Notes: generated by a model from the letters alone, not told the origin. DNA of 64,000 nucleotides from Macrostomum lignano (GCA_002269645.1 NIVC01001255.1:124001-188000); one strand, 5' to 3'. Shown: positions 10,301 through 23,546, counted from the stretch's first letter. Made by a program: numbers and translations.

Positions 10301-13300
10301 TCTAGAAGTGTTTTTATAATACTGTAGCTAGTAGTGATCATAATGCAACCGCATTCTGGCAGCTGTTCCGGATGATCAGAGAGGCAGTCAGAAAAGACTG
10401 ACCAGCAGTCAGCTGTCGTTGACCTATTTGTCCTATGAATTTGCGAAAATAAAAATGACTGTCCTTCTATGCTTGACAGGGAGGCATTCATAGACTCATT
10501 CCCCCTCTACATTTCCATCTGTCTGTCTTCTAAAGCCGTTTTACTCAGCACTGTTGCAGAAGTGGAGAGGCCTGCGTTTGCGTCTATAGAAAAGCAGAAC
10601 AGGTGCTTCAACAGGCCCAGTTGCTATACCGAAAAAAAGCATAATTTACTGCAATTCCAATGGACAGAAAGAAGTACATGCAGCCGCGCCAGGTGATACT
10701 TTCACTCACAGCTCTCCATCTTCAGGTGGCACTTTTGCTTGTCCATTGGAAACTTTTTCAAGTCCATGTTGCATGAGAGCTTCACGGTGAGTCTGCAAGA
10801 TTTATGGATAAAAATGTGAGGGAAGTCGGCTGGAAGGTGGGAAGCTATGTTCTGCGTATGGCCTGATGCTGAGCCGAAACTCATCCTAAACGCGCCTCAT
10901 CTCATGCCTCTTAAACATGTCTCATAACAGTAGAACTACCAAAGGTTGGGGAAGGTTGTTGCGCACCTTCTCAAACAAGAATCAAGTCGCCAGCCCACCG
11001 GACAGTCGAGATATTCGACAATTCTGCCAGAAGGTCGGATTTTTCCCATAAGCGCCAGTGTATTCAGTACACCCCTGTGCGCCAATCAGCACTGCGCCTC
11101 AGTGCAGCCTTGCCAAGCCTCCAAATTTCATCAGCACGTCGACCACATGTGTCTGCATCAGCTCTGACTTTGTTAGTCACTGGCCTTCACCCAGGCGGAG
11201 CTTCTGCACCTTCAACGGGTGACCAAGAAAGTCAGAGCTAATGCAGACATACCCATACACTGTACACATCGGCAGCTAATGAGCGATCAAACGCCTTGTG
11301 CGTGACCTTTCTTTTTTAAAGCTATAAATCAATAATGAAAGGTACCTCCCCCCAGAAAGACACATAAAACGAACTCACTTTTGACTAAAAGTCACCTCGC
11401 CGCTCGGTTTAACCCTTAGCAACAAATTTGGAGTGGTGATCTCGTGAAAATTGCCTCGTTTCTCGTTGATAAAGTACAAATCAGGGACCCACAATTCGGA
11501 TTTCTTTGAGTTTAGGGTTAGCGACTCGTTGTAGCCCCGATGGGCGTATGCCAACCGCGTGTCGTTCCAGTACTGCCTCAGGAACATGTTGACGGAATAG
11601 TCCTGAGAACGAGGATATTGGGCAGAAATTTTAATTTATTCTTGCTTGAAAAAATCAGGAAAGGATTAAAAAACAGATGCCTCGATAAAGCATGATTTCT
11701 CCTGATAAAAATAAATTACATTTTCACTAGCAATAGTTTTTCCGGTAACGAAAAATTGAAGCAATCTCAGTAATGACAGTCAGATCCAGAATCTCAGCAA
11801 TGACAGTCAGATCCAGAATCTCAGCAATGACAGTCAGATCCAGAATCTCAGCAATGACAGTCAGATTCAGAATCTCAGCAATGACAGTCAGATTCAGAAT
11901 CTCAGCAATGACAGTCAGATTCAGAATCTCAGCAATGACAGTCAGATCCAGAATCTCAGCAATGACAGTCAGATTCAGAATCTCAGCAATGACAGTCAGA
12001 TTCAGAATCTCAGCAATGACAGTCAGATCCAGAATCTCAGCAATGACAGTCAGATCCAGAATCTCAGCAATGACAGTCAGATTCAGAATCTCAGCAATGA
12101 CAGTCAGATTCAGAATCTCAGCAATGACATTCAGATTCAGAATCTCAGCAATGACAGTCAGATTCAGAATCTCAGCAATGACAGTCAGATCCAGAATCTC
12201 AGCAATGACAGTCAGATCCAGAATCTCAGCAATGACAGTCAGATCCAGAATCTCAGCAATGACAGTCAGATCCAGAATCTCAGCAATGACAGATCCAGAA
12301 TCTCAGCAATGACAGTCAGATCCAGAATCTCAGCAATGACAGTCAGATCCAGAATCTCAGCAATGACAGTCAGATCCAGAATCTCAGCAATGACAGTCAG
12401 ATCCAGAATCTCAGCAATGACAGATCCAGAATCTCAGCAATGACAGATCCAGAATCTCAGCAATGACAGATCCAGAATCTCAGCAATGACAGTCAGATCC
12501 AGAATCTCAGCAATGACAGTCAGATTCAGAATCTCAGCAATGACAGTCAGATTCAGAATCTCAGCAATGACAGTCAGATTCAGAATCTCAGCAATGACAG
12601 TCAGATTCAGAATCTCAGCAATGACAGTCAGATTTAGAATCTCAGCAATGACAGCTGCTGGTAAGATTCAGAGAATGAGCACATCCCAGCAGACAGACAG
12701 AAGTCAGATATGGCGGTTGATTAAAAGTACACGATTCCGCGGTCAGTCTGCTCACTACACTACAGTGATGAGCATGAATACTAAGTGCTCAATCTCTCCA
12801 GTTTCCCACATATGCCTGCTAAAACTTCTGGCAAACACAAACAAAAGGCCTCAGAGCAGGGCATTTAGGAGCACTTCAGATAAATCTGCTTGGAAATGGC
12901 TGCGGCATTCAGCTCCCAAGTTTCTCCCTGCATGCCCTCCTAAACTCTTCCCTACTTCCAAAAGGCTTTGCCGCCGGTTGAGAAGTTAAATGTGACGCCA
13001 ATTTCCCACAGAAAACTGGTGTGGCTGTGCACTGCAGGTCGCAACTCATTTGCCACTTCTAAGAAACGAAGTTTACCCAGGGACCGACGGAAACTACTCA
13101 AACTAAGAGATCTCACAGCCTATTAGCTCATTCCGAGCGAGTGTGTACTCAATCAGAAATACGATGATTTCTATCGCTAGAAAATCGTTCTCACCATATC
13201 GATTACGTTGATGGAACTCATCGCGTGAACCATTAGTGACACTCTGACAATGGTTGTTTTGCCTGCAATGTTTCGGTTGCAAAAGAAACACTGTAATTTA

Positions 13301-16094
13301 TTGCATTGGACACTGACACAAATTGAGCTACCGACACAAGAGTTGATGTCATACATGTACTCAACTATTTTAGCAAGCACCAATTTTACTAATGCTATTC
13401 GTAACAGTGCACCAACGAGATCGAATTCTCTTCACATATAGAGAAAGTGAAGTTTAGAAGAGCTTAGCCATTCACTACTTGGCCCGCACAGTAGGGCTAG
13501 GTACTCTTAGAGCGCCGAGCTGCACTCGATGAAGATGGGACGGCAGGAGAAACTTGGGGGAACCCCCCGTCCCCCTTTACCCCGGTCGCCGGGTCAGCCG
13601 TAGCGCCAGGCTCTTTGTCACGCGCCCAGACCGCCTCCCCAATGCTGTTCTCTCAATTAACTGCGACCCAAGCCAGAGACGGAGATTCTCAATCTGCAAT
13701 CCAGACTCCCTCAATTCTCTCTGCACGTAATTCTCTGGTGAGTCTCTTGAGACAACCCCAACCACCAATCCCCAACCCGGGGGATAGGTGCAGGAGACAA
13801 GTTCATACAGTCTAACGGACGAAGGAGCTGAGGGGAAGGCAAGGGGAGAATCTGGGGAAGTGGTAAATCAATGCAAGAAAATCTGGTTGGTCTGAGTCGT
13901 CTCATCCACGACGACTGTGTTGCGATTTTCCTTGAGAAATAACCTTCGAGGAGGGGAAGGTAAAGAGAGAGAGACAAAGGGAAGGGAGAAAGATGCATAG
14001 CGAAGGAGAGAGATGCAGGGAAAGGAAGAGACATTCAGGGAATGGGAGAGAGATGCAGGGAAAGGGAGAGAGATGCAGGAAAAGGGAAAGAGATGCAGGG
14101 AAAGGGAAAGAGATGCAGGGAAAGGGAGAGAGATGCATAGCGAAGGAGAGAGATGCAGGGAAAGGAAGAGACATTCAGGGAATGGGAGAGAGATGCAGGG
14201 AAAGGGAAAGAGATGCAGGGAAAGGGAGAGAGATGCAGGGAAAGGGAAAGAGATGCAGGGAAAGGGAGAAAGATGCAGGGAAAAGAAGAGACATGCAGGG
14301 AAAGGGAGAGAGATGCAGGGAAAGGGAGAGAGATGCAGGGAAAGGAAGAGAAATGCAGAGAGAAGGGAGAGAGATGCAGGGAAAGGGAGAGAGATGCAGG
14401 GAAAGGGAGAGAGATGCAGGGAAAGGGAGAGAGATGCAGGGAAAGGAAGAGAAATGCAGAGAGAAGGGAGAGAGATGCAGGGAAAGGGAGAGAGATGCAG
14501 AGAGAAGGGAGAGAGATGCAGGGAAAGGGAGAGAAATGCAGAGAGAAGGGAGAGAGATGCAGGGAAAGGGAGAGAGATGCAGAGAGAAGGGAGAGAGATG
14601 CAGGGAAAGGGAGAGAGATGCAGGGAAAAGGAGAGAGATGCAGGGAAAGGGAGAGAGATGCAGGGAAAGGAAGAGACATGCAGGGAAAAGAAAGGGAGAT
14701 GCAGAGAGAAGGAGAGAGATGCAGGGAAAGGAAAAGAGATGCAGAGAGAAGGGAGAGAGATGCAGGGAAAGAAAGAGAAATACAGAGAGAAGGGAGAGAG
14801 ATGCAGAGAGAAGGAGAGAGATGCAGGGAAAGGAAAAGAGATGCAGAGAGAAGGGAGAGAGATGCAGGGAAAGAAAGAGAGATGCAGGGAAATGGAGAGA
14901 GAAGCAGGGAAAGGGAGAGAGATGCAGGGAAAGGGAGAGAGATGCAGGGAAAGGAAGAGAAATACAGAGAGAAGGGAGAGAGATGCAGGGAAAGGAAGAG
15001 ACATGCAGGGAAAGGGAGAGAGATGCAGGGAAAGGGAGAGAGATGCATAGCGAAGGAGAGAGATGCAGGGAAAGGGAGAGAGATGCAGGGAATGGGAGAG
15101 AGATGCAGGGAAAGGGAGAGAGATGCAGGGAAAGGAAGAGACATGCAGGGAAAGGGAGAGACATGCAGGGAAAGGGAGAGAGATGCAGGGAAAGGGAGAG
15201 AGATGCAGGGAAAAGGAGAGAGATGCAGGGAAAGGGAGAGAGATGCAGGGAAAAGGAGAGAGATGCAGGGAAAGGGAGAGAGATGCAGGGAAAGGGAGAG
15301 AGATGCAGGGAAAGGGAGAGAGATGCAGGGAAAGGGAGAGAGATGCAGGGAAAGGGAGAGAGATGCAGGGAAAGGAAGAGACATGCAGGGAAAGGGAAAG
15401 AGATGCAGGGAAAGGGAGAAAGATGCAGGGAAAAGAAGAGACATGCAGGGAAAGGGAGAGAGATGCAGGGAAAGGGAGAGAGATGCAGGGAAAGGAAGAG
15501 AAATGCAGAGAGAAGGGAGAGAGATGCAGGGAAAGGGAGAGAGATGCAGAGAGAAGGGAGAGAGATGCAGAGAGAAGGGAGAGAGATGCAGGAAAAGGGA
15601 GAGAGATGCAGGGAAAGGGAGAGAGATGCAGGGAAAGGGAGAGAGATGCAGGGAAAGGGAGAGAGATGCAGGGAAAGGGAGAGAGATGCAGGGAAAGGGA
15701 GAGAGATGCAGGGAAAGGGAGAGAAACGAAGGAGCTGCATTCCTAGTGCAATTGACTGTCATCAGCACGCCCCCTCACCTGTGTACATTGACGGCGGAAT
15801 CGATTTGTCATATTTCTCAAATATTTTCGCAATAAAATCGCGCATCGTGTCATTGTTGTGGCCAATTCTGAAGTGGTCATTGATTTCAATTGAACGATTA
15901 AAATGCCAGCTTTGAGTATTTTCTAGTATTTTGAGTACTTAAAAAATCGAACAGACTGCTCACCGCAGCTTAATGTCGGCTTGCAGTCCTCCGCAGAGGC
16001 AGGCAAATGCCAGGCAGCTGGCAACGAAAAAGTGGCCCAATTGGCGACGAAGTCTTTCTCGACTGCCGCCGCTGATGCGACCGGCGGGCGGCAT
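4333..16094 (-). CDS. Cys-loop ligand-gated chloride channel subunit (GluCl/glycine-receptor-like), 9 exons, 501 aa
   Basis: Exons 16094-15964, 15867-15779, 13262-13195, 11602-11379, 10792-10710, 10085-9942, 8791-8562, 5585-5397, 4680-4333. All are GT-AG and phase-compatible, total 1506 nt. Motifs: N-terminal hydrophobic segment, [28 protein letters not shown], Cys-loop [16 protein letters not shown]2 [18 protein letters not shown] (PAR anion filter), M3 SYIKAIDVWM, M4 [15 protein letters not shown]. Confidence 0.93.
4750..5090. repeat. (CTCCT)n pentanucleotide microsatellite
   Basis: Near-perfect CTCCT run in the last intron of the channel gene. Confidence 0.95.
6395..6700 (-). mobile_element. 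tRNA-derived SINE with CORE-like central segment
   Basis: Minus strand: B-box GGTTCGATTCTCG, then GTGTCCTTGAGCAAGACACT...CAGTTCACCCAGCTGTAAAATGGG (resembles the CORE-SINE domain), ending in a (TAT)n tail. The A box was not clearly resolved. Confidence 0.65.
8846..9862. repeat. 24-bp minisatellite with ~92-bp higher-order blocks
   Basis: Unit CAGATGCTACCGCTCTCTCCTCCC; periodic variant units (CTTTCTCCACCCCCATATG) in the first third. Confidence 0.95.
10090..10300 (-). mobile_element. Degenerate tRNA-derived SINE copy
   Basis: B-box-like GGTTAGATTCC on the minus strand. Shares GGTTGGCCCTCATGGG with ~23815 and CTGACTTTCT with ~36577. Confidence 0.4.
11764..12655. repeat. 27-bp minisatellite
   Basis: Unit ATGACAGTCAGAT(C/T)CAGAATCTCAGCA, ~33 copies, with occasional 22-bp deletion units; intronic. 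Confidence 0.95.
13975..15725. repeat. 20-bp purine-rich minisatellite
   Basis: Unit GAGATGCAGGGAAAGGGAGA over ~1.75 kb; source of the long spurious ORFs at 13868-15915. Confidence 0.95.
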
Positions 16095-16129
16095 CGTTCC
16101 AGATTCCGAGTCCGAATCTGCCGCTGTGA

Positions 16130-16705
16130 AGTGACGGGGTGGTGAGTTTATGTTTACCTGTGTCTGTGGCTTATCAGTGACGGGGTGGTGAGTTTATGTT
16201 TACCTGTGTCTGTGGCTTATCAGTGACGGGGTGGTGAGTTTATGTTTACCTGTGTCTGTGGCTTATCAGTGACGGGGTGGTGAGTTTATGTTTACCTGTG
16301 TCTGTGGCTTATCAGTGACGGGGTGGTGAGTTTATGTTTACCTGTGTCTGTGGCTTATCAGTGACGGGGTGGTGAGTTTATGTTTACCTGTGTCTGTGGC
16401 TTATCAATGACGGGGTGGTGAGTTTATGTTTACCTGTGTCTGTGGCTTATCAGTGACGGGATGGTGAGTTTATGTTTACCTGTGTCTGTGGCTTATCAGT
16501 AACGGGGTGGTGAGTTTATGTTTACCTGTGTCTGTGGCTTATCAGTAACGGGGTGGTGAGTTTATGTTTACCTGTGTCTGTGGCTTATCAGTGACGGGGT
16601 GGTGAGTTTATGTTTACCTGTGTCTGTGGCTTATCAGTAACGGGGTGGTGAGTTTATGTTTACCTGTGTCTGTGGCTTATCAGTGACGGGGTGGTGAGTT
16701 TATGT
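16130..16705. repeat. 46-bp tandem repeat, ~12 copies, directly upstream of the channel start codon
   Basis: Unit GTGACGGGGTGGTGAGTTTATGTTTACCTGTGTCTGTGGCTTATCA. Confidence 0.95.
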
Positions 16706-17334
16706 CTGCCTGTCTTATTGATAAATTTAAATTTAATTTCTTTCTGATATACTGGCATTGCAATATACTCAAAATTTTGAATATTGCTTCGTAATTTCAC
16801 AGTATGTCAAAAGATTTATCGTATCAGAAATTTAAAATCAGCTGTTAACTGATTGATTGGTTCAGTAAAGACAGGGGATCATACAGTAAAATGGGGATTC
16901 ATATCCGCCAAACAATGCGCCAAGCAAATCTGCCTTCGGCTTCAAGTTTCAAGTTTCAGGTTTTTTCTCCCAAATTAAATTTTCCAGCTTGGGGATCGAG
17001 TCAGCCTCCCAAAAACCAAGCCAGCAGATCCCCGCTTGTAAAGCAGCTCCAAAGCTTTCCAAGAAACCAAAGTTTTTAAGCCGAAGCTTCCCGCTTCGCT
17101 AATTGGGGGGGGGGGCAAAGAAGATTCCGAATTCGGGAAGAAGACAAGAAGTGAGGATTTCAAGAAGAGCGAGCTTCACCAGAAAACACCAATAAGTCAA
17201 GACAGAAGCCCTAAGGATAGAATTTTTCACCCCAGCTCTCCCAGTAGATCTTTCAGGGTTGGTTTTAAACACAGAAGTGAATTATTTATGTTTGAATTCC
17301 TTTAGTGATTGATTGTATTGGCATCTTGTGCTTG

Positions 17335-17495
17335 TCTTTGGCTAGATTAGCAATCTATTCTATTCCTTCATGTGTGATGTGTTGGCTAGATTAGCAATCC
17401 ATTCTATTCCTTCATTAGTGGTTGGCTAGATTAGCAATCCATTCAAATTCTTCATCAGTGATGTTGGCTAGATTAGCAATCCATTCTAATCCTAG
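17335..17495. repeat. Degenerate ~40-bp tandem repeat, 4 copies
   Basis: TTGGCTAGATTAGCAATC(C/T)ATTC recurs four times. Confidence 0.8.
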
Positions 17496-18379
17496 CTACC
17501 GGTAGATTGGTGTCCAATGTTACTCGTTTCAAATTATGAATTCCAGATCAACTCATATGGACTCATAAATGTACTCATATTTATTTAGCAATCCACACAA
17601 AACTATCGCTAAGCTTGAGTATAGTAAATCTCATCGTGAGAATGTGGAGGCATCCGAGCAGGTGCCCAAGGACTGCACACCGCACAGCAAGTGTCCTCTC
17701 CTCAGTCTCCTAGAGGAATATTTCCGCATTAACTTTGCAGCAGCTCGGGGCCGGAAATTCCTTATCGATTCAAACGGGAGTCGGTTAGCTGCCGGGGGGA
17801 TCTGCAGTGAATCTGAGCGGAAGGCAGCCTGTGTTTCATGCGGATAGATTCCGTTCTTGGAGACTGCATCCGGCATAAAGTCTGCTTTTAGTTCCGTTGG
17901 ACAGAAGAGATAAAAAGATCGCAGATTTTTTCTGATAGATGCATTTTTATTGTAAGACACGGCTAAGCTTTACAAAGGGTGCCGCCAGACACACGGGAAG
18001 ATAACAGAGGATCTGAAAAATTGCACAACGTAATCCCCAAGCCACTCCCTGCAATATGGGCTCTCCGCTAACCCCCCAAGCCCTAGCAACTGAGCCTGCT
18101 TTGACAATTGGAATTTAAATTTAAATTATATTACATATTTTTTCCCATACCAAAAGCTATCCCAGCTCAAAACATCAATGATGCTAATTTATCTCGCAGG
18201 ACGCCGACCTGTCAGAAGAGCCACCCGCAGCCTCCCTTCAGTGCCGTCTCAGGTGGCATTGCAAATGATAAATTATCAGTAGTTGCAGTGCCGCGTAAAA
18301 CATTTTTAATAACTTTGCTGATTGGGCTGTTGGGGAATAAAATTATTATTGTACTTTAAACAATCCTATATGCAGCAAA

Positions 18380-18900
18380 ATCTAACCTACCGATCTATTC
18401 AGAATCTACCAACTCCACGGAAAATCTACCTAATCTACTCAGAATCTACCAAATCTACGGAAAATCTACCAAATCTAATCAGCATCTATCGAATCTACTT
18501 AGAATCTACCAAATCTACTCATACTGACTCTACTCCGAATCTATGAAATCCAATTCGAATGTACCAAATCTACCTCCGAACCTACTAAATCTACTCCGAA
18601 TCAACCGAATCTATTTAGAATCTATCAAATCTACTCCGAATCTACTGGATCTACTCAGAACCTACCAAATCTACTCAGAATCTACCAAATCTACTCCGAA
18701 TCTACCAAATCTACTCAAGAATTTACCAAATCTACTCCGAATCTACCAAATCTACTCAAGAATTTACCAAATCTACTCCGAATCTACCAAATCTACTCAA
18801 GAATTTACCAAATCTACTCTGAATCTACCAAATCTACTCCGAATCTACCAAGTCTACTCAGAATCTATCAAGTCTGCTTCTCTAATCTACCCAAAATGTA
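18380..18900. repeat. Degenerate AATCTAC-based minisatellite
   Basis: GAATCTACCAAATCTACTC variants. Confidence 0.9.
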
Positions 18901-19666
18901 CTCCATATGTACTTCAGCTAAGTGTAAATATCCAACAAAATCAATTTACAGTGCCTTTTGTTCTATCTTCAAAACCCTTAGAATAATCTGACATTTCAGT
19001 AGTCAATGTCACTCTCCCAAAAAACAGCTTTTCCTACAAAGAATACAATTATAATCTCACCTTTTCACCTTTTTGCTCTGGGCAAGTCAACAAAAATTGC
19101 AGCAGTTTATTCAGGTGTCTGTTTCTTGAAGCTGCCCTTTTGGAGAAATTTTGAGGCGAACCTCTTTTAGGAGCAGAGTTTGCAATGCTCCCACATTTTT
19201 GGTCTCTCGGTCCGAAGCCTTTTTTGCTGTCCGCTCCTTGATTGGACAGCCGGGCAGCCAATCACGGAACATCTCGACGCTGCAAGATGGGCAGGTGTGA
19301 CCGAACCTGTTCCTTGTACAGTTAGCTGCATGCTCATGACAGCGAGTGAGAGGCTGCGACACCCCGTGTGCTCTACCGCTGCTAAAGAGCTCAGCTTAAT
19401 TTTTGCATTTTGTAGTCAGCCGCGTACTAACCGCAATAGACTCTGCTTAACTCTTGTACTCTAGGCATCATATAAAATCGCAAGCCCTTTCAGCACACAA
19501 ACAGCATAAATGCATAATTAAGAGGCATTTCCGTGTCAAAAAATTAGGCTGCCCAGTCGGCAACATGTCGGTAGTTTTAATTAGTCAATACTCAGGTAAG
19601 CATAAATAATTAACTAATAAATGCAGCCAAAAAAGTCTAGGTTAAAACAAGCCGCCCCGGGCGCTG

Positions 19667-22600
19667 TCAGTCTTTCTTCAATTTCGAGCCTTGGAACTTT
19701 GCCTTGCCGGCGATAGCCTTGGACTCGGACGGCTGGGCCCCGTTGCTGAGCAGTAGTTCCTCGATATTCGCCTGATTTGCTGACACCACCGCACCAACCT
19801 TGGCGCCGCCTTTGAATAGCACGAATGTCGGCACCGCCCTGACGCTGTACTCGTCAGCGACAGCCTGCAGGTACATTGCGATAGTTTAGTAAATTGTAAA
19901 GACTTTCTCATGTAAATAACTTTAACCCAGACGCAAATGACAAGTAAAAACGATCATTCAGGGACTCCACTGACAGATTTTTTTTCCATCTGATAAGAGC
20001 AGGCATACTGCCTTGATTTTATTGAACTAATTAACTGACTAAGATACAGACTCTATCTTATCAGATTGCCAGTTCAACTGCCCCTCGCCACGCGTACATC
20101 AATGTACATCAATACTCTCTGCCCCAAGTGACCAACTAAGCATTTCTGCACTTGATAAACCAAGGACTATTGCACTTGATAAACCAAGGACTATTGCACT
20201 TGATAAACCAAGGACTATTGCACTTGATAAACCAAGGACTATTGCACTTGATAAACCAAGGACTATTGCACTTGATAAACCAAGGACTATTGCACTTGAT
20301 AAACCAAGGACTATTGCACTTGATAAACCAAGGATTATTGCACTTGTTAATAAAGAATATATTGCACTAGATAAGCCAAGGATTATTGCACTTGATAAGC
20401 CAAGGATTATTGCACTTAATAAGCCAAGGATTATTGCACTTTGATAATAAGGAATATTGCACTAGATAAGCCAAGGATTATTGCACTTGATAAGCCAAGG
20501 ATTATTGCACTTTGATAATAAGGAATATTGCACTAGATAAGCCAAGGATTATTGCACTTTGATAATAAGGAATATTGCACTTGATAAACCAAGGATTATT
20601 GCACTTGATAAACCAAGGATTATTGCACTTGATAAACCAAGGATTATTGCACTTAATAAACCAAGGATTATTGCACTTGATAAACCAATTGGATCACTGA
20701 ACTTGATAAGCCAAGGATTATTGCACTTTGATAATAAGGAATATTGCACTAGATACGAGCGTAAGCCAAGGATTATTGCACTAGATTAGAAAGGGCTATT
20801 GCACTAGCTGAGACATCGATTTTTGGACTTGATGAGTAAAGGATTATTGCACTAGCTGAGACATCGATTTTTGGACTTGATGAGTAAAGGATTATTGCAC
20901 TAGCTGAGACATCGATTTTTGGACTTGATGAGTAAAGGATTATTGCACTAGCTGAGAAGCTGATTCTTGCGCTGTCTAAAAAAGAGATTATTGCGCTCGC
21001 TGAGACGTGGATTGTTGCACAACCTGAGAAAGCGATTATTGCATTAGCGGAGGTAACATTTGCACTAGCTACTTGCTGTCTCGCGGATGCTTGCTATCTG
21101 GATGATGCTTGCTCTCGAGGGGGGATACTTGCTATTTGGGAGGGGGGGTACTGGCTACATGTATGGGATTCTTTCTATCCAGGGATGCTTGCTATTTAGG
21201 GATGCTTGCTATCTGCAGGATGCTTGCTATCTGGGTGGATGCTTCTATCTGGGGGATGCTTGCTATCTGGGTGGATGCTTCTATCTGGGGGATGCTTGCT
21301 ATCTGGGTGGATGCTTCTATCTGGGGGATGCTTGCTATCTGGGGTGATGCTTGCTATCTGGGGTGATGCTTGCTATCTGGGGTGATGCTTGCTATCTGGG
21401 GGATGCTTGCTATCTGGGGTGATGCTTGCTATCTGGGGTGATGCTTGCTATCTGGGGTGATGCTTGCTATCTGGGGTGATGCTTGCTATCTGGGGTGATG
21501 CTTGCTATCTGGGGTGATGCTTGCTATCTGGGGGATGCTTTGTATGAGCATTAGGGGATGCTTGCTATCTGCGGTTGCTTACTTTTGGGAGGGGGTGCTT
21601 GCTATCTGGGGGGGGATGCTTGCTGTCTTGGGAATATTTTCTATTTAGATTGAGCTATATTTTGTTGTCTGTTTGCTAATTTTAAAGAAAAAGTGATTCA
21701 TAGCAAACATCTTTGTCCGTGACCATTTTACACGAATAAGCTGATTTTTAAAAGTGAAGAAGGAATTGGTACTTAAGAAAATGTGCTTTTTTAATTGTTT
21801 TCCATTAACTATTTTTTCTCCTTGCTTACTGGGCGTAAAAATTCTATACAAATATTTTTCAGGCATGCTATCTAGCACTCCCAAGTCAGTGCAACCAATG
21901 ACCGCCCGCTTGTATCTTGAAGGATGCAGAATAACCGCTTTTTTCGTGAGATAATATCAGTTATTACAATTCCTTCATCAAATCAGCAAAAATCAGTGAA
22001 GAATAATTTGGCGTTTCTCTTGGCCAAAGCCTTCAATTTGTAATTATAGGTGTCGTATATGTTGAGCAAAGTAGCTCGTATTGTGGCCAAATTGCATAGA
22101 ATCAAACAATAATTTTTAGTCTGTGCAATAGGAAATTGAATTTAAAAAATGTTCAATATAGTCGCATCAGCCTGTCCACCCCACCTCATACACTATAGCT
22201 TTTACTCAGAGTAGTATGAGAAAGAAACTGCAACCGGGAATAAAGAAACATGAACCTAGTACTTTGTTTTTAACTTCACCTGTTTTTATCAAGCAATAAC
22301 ACTCAACCGGTATCCCTCATCTGTTATCTCTCTCAACCGGTATCCCTCAACCGGTCTCCCTCCTAACTAGTATCCCTCTTGACTGGTATACCTCAACCGG
22401 TATCTCTCTCAACCGGTATCCCTCCTAACTAGTATCCCTCTTGACTAGTATCCCTCAACCGGTATCTCTCTCAATTGGTATCCTTCTTAACTGGTATCTC
22501 TCAACCGGTATCCCTCTTAACTGGTATACCTCAACCGGTATCCCTGAACAGGTATCCCTCAACCGGTATCCCTCAACCGGTATCCCTCAACCGGTATCCC

Positions 22601-23546
22601 TCAACCGGTATCCCTCAACCGGTATCCCTCAACCGGTATCCCTCAACCGGTATCCCTCAACCGGTATCCCTCAACCGGTATCCCTCAACCGGTATCCCTC
22701 AACCGGTATCCCTCAACCGGTATCCCTCAACCGGTATCCCTCAACCGGTATCCCTCAACCGGTATCCCTCAACCGGTATCCCTCTTAACTGTTATCCCTC
22801 AACCGGTATCCCTCAACCGGTATCCCTCAACCGGTATCCCTCAACCGGTATCCCTCAACCGGTATCCCTCAACCGGTATCCCTCAACCGGTATCCCTCAA
22901 CCGGTATCCCTCAACCGGTATCCCTCAACCGGTATCCCTCAACCGGTATCCCTCAACCGGTATCCCTCAACCGGTATCCCTCAACCGGTATCCCTCAACC
23001 GGTATCTCTCAACAGGCAATCCCAGACCCGCCTCACCGTCATTCTATCCACGTTAATCTTAACAAAGGCAACCTGGCTGAACCGCCGAGCCAGCAACTCC
23101 AGCTTCGGCGCAAACACCACGCAGGGTCGGCACCATTTCGCACCGAAGCAGGCCAGCACCAGATTCTTGTTGCTGTTCTTCTTCTTCTTCTCCTCCTGCT
23201 CGCTCTCCGCCGAAAGCAGAGCCTGAAAGCTGGCGACTTCGGTTATCTCAACTAGGGCGCTCGTTGAAGCGGCAGAGTCCGAAGCGACAGAAGCCAGCTC
23301 TTCTGCGGGATCGGCAAGAGCGCCGTTCACCAGCTGGCTCTCGTCTGCCGCGGTGGCATCCGCCGGCTTTGGCGCGGCGCCCATCTGCGAGTCCTGCGCC
23401 TTTTTTACTTTCGTTCGCTCTGACGACTTCTTCCCGGCCGCTCCGGCCGCAGAAGCAACAGCAGCAGCAGCAGCCGCCTGATTGTCTTTTGATTTTTGCT
23501 TCTTCGACTTTTTCTCTGCGGCGTTGGACGATGAACTCAGCGGCAT
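19667..23546 (-). CDS. Thioredoxin-domain protein (WCRPC) with low-complexity N-terminal extension, 2 exons, 235 aa
   Basis: Exons 23546-23037 and 19864-19667, joined in phase 0 (ACG|gtgagg ... ctgcag|GCT). Motifs: LVLACFGAKWCRPCVVFAPKLELLARRFSQVAFVKINVD, EYSVRAVPTFVLFKGGAKVGAVVSAN. Confidence 0.9.
20150..20960. repeat. 24-bp minisatellite with variant blocks
   Basis: Unit TTGATAAACCAAGGA(C/T)TATTGCAC; later longer variants containing GCTGAGACATCG. In the thioredoxin intron. Confidence 0.9.
21085..21625. repeat. ~19-bp minisatellite
   Basis: Unit GATGCTTGCTATCTGGGG(T). Confidence 0.9.
22300..23012. repeat. 14-bp minisatellite
   Basis: Unit CCCTCAACCGGTAT; ends ~25 nt from the thioredoxin exon-1 donor. 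Confidence 0.95.

Noticed and set aside
13868-15915. Several 345-640-aa ORFs on both strands
   Set aside because: They are translations of a stop-free 20-bp minisatellite in channel intron 3. Only 15779-15867 (minus strand) is a real exon.
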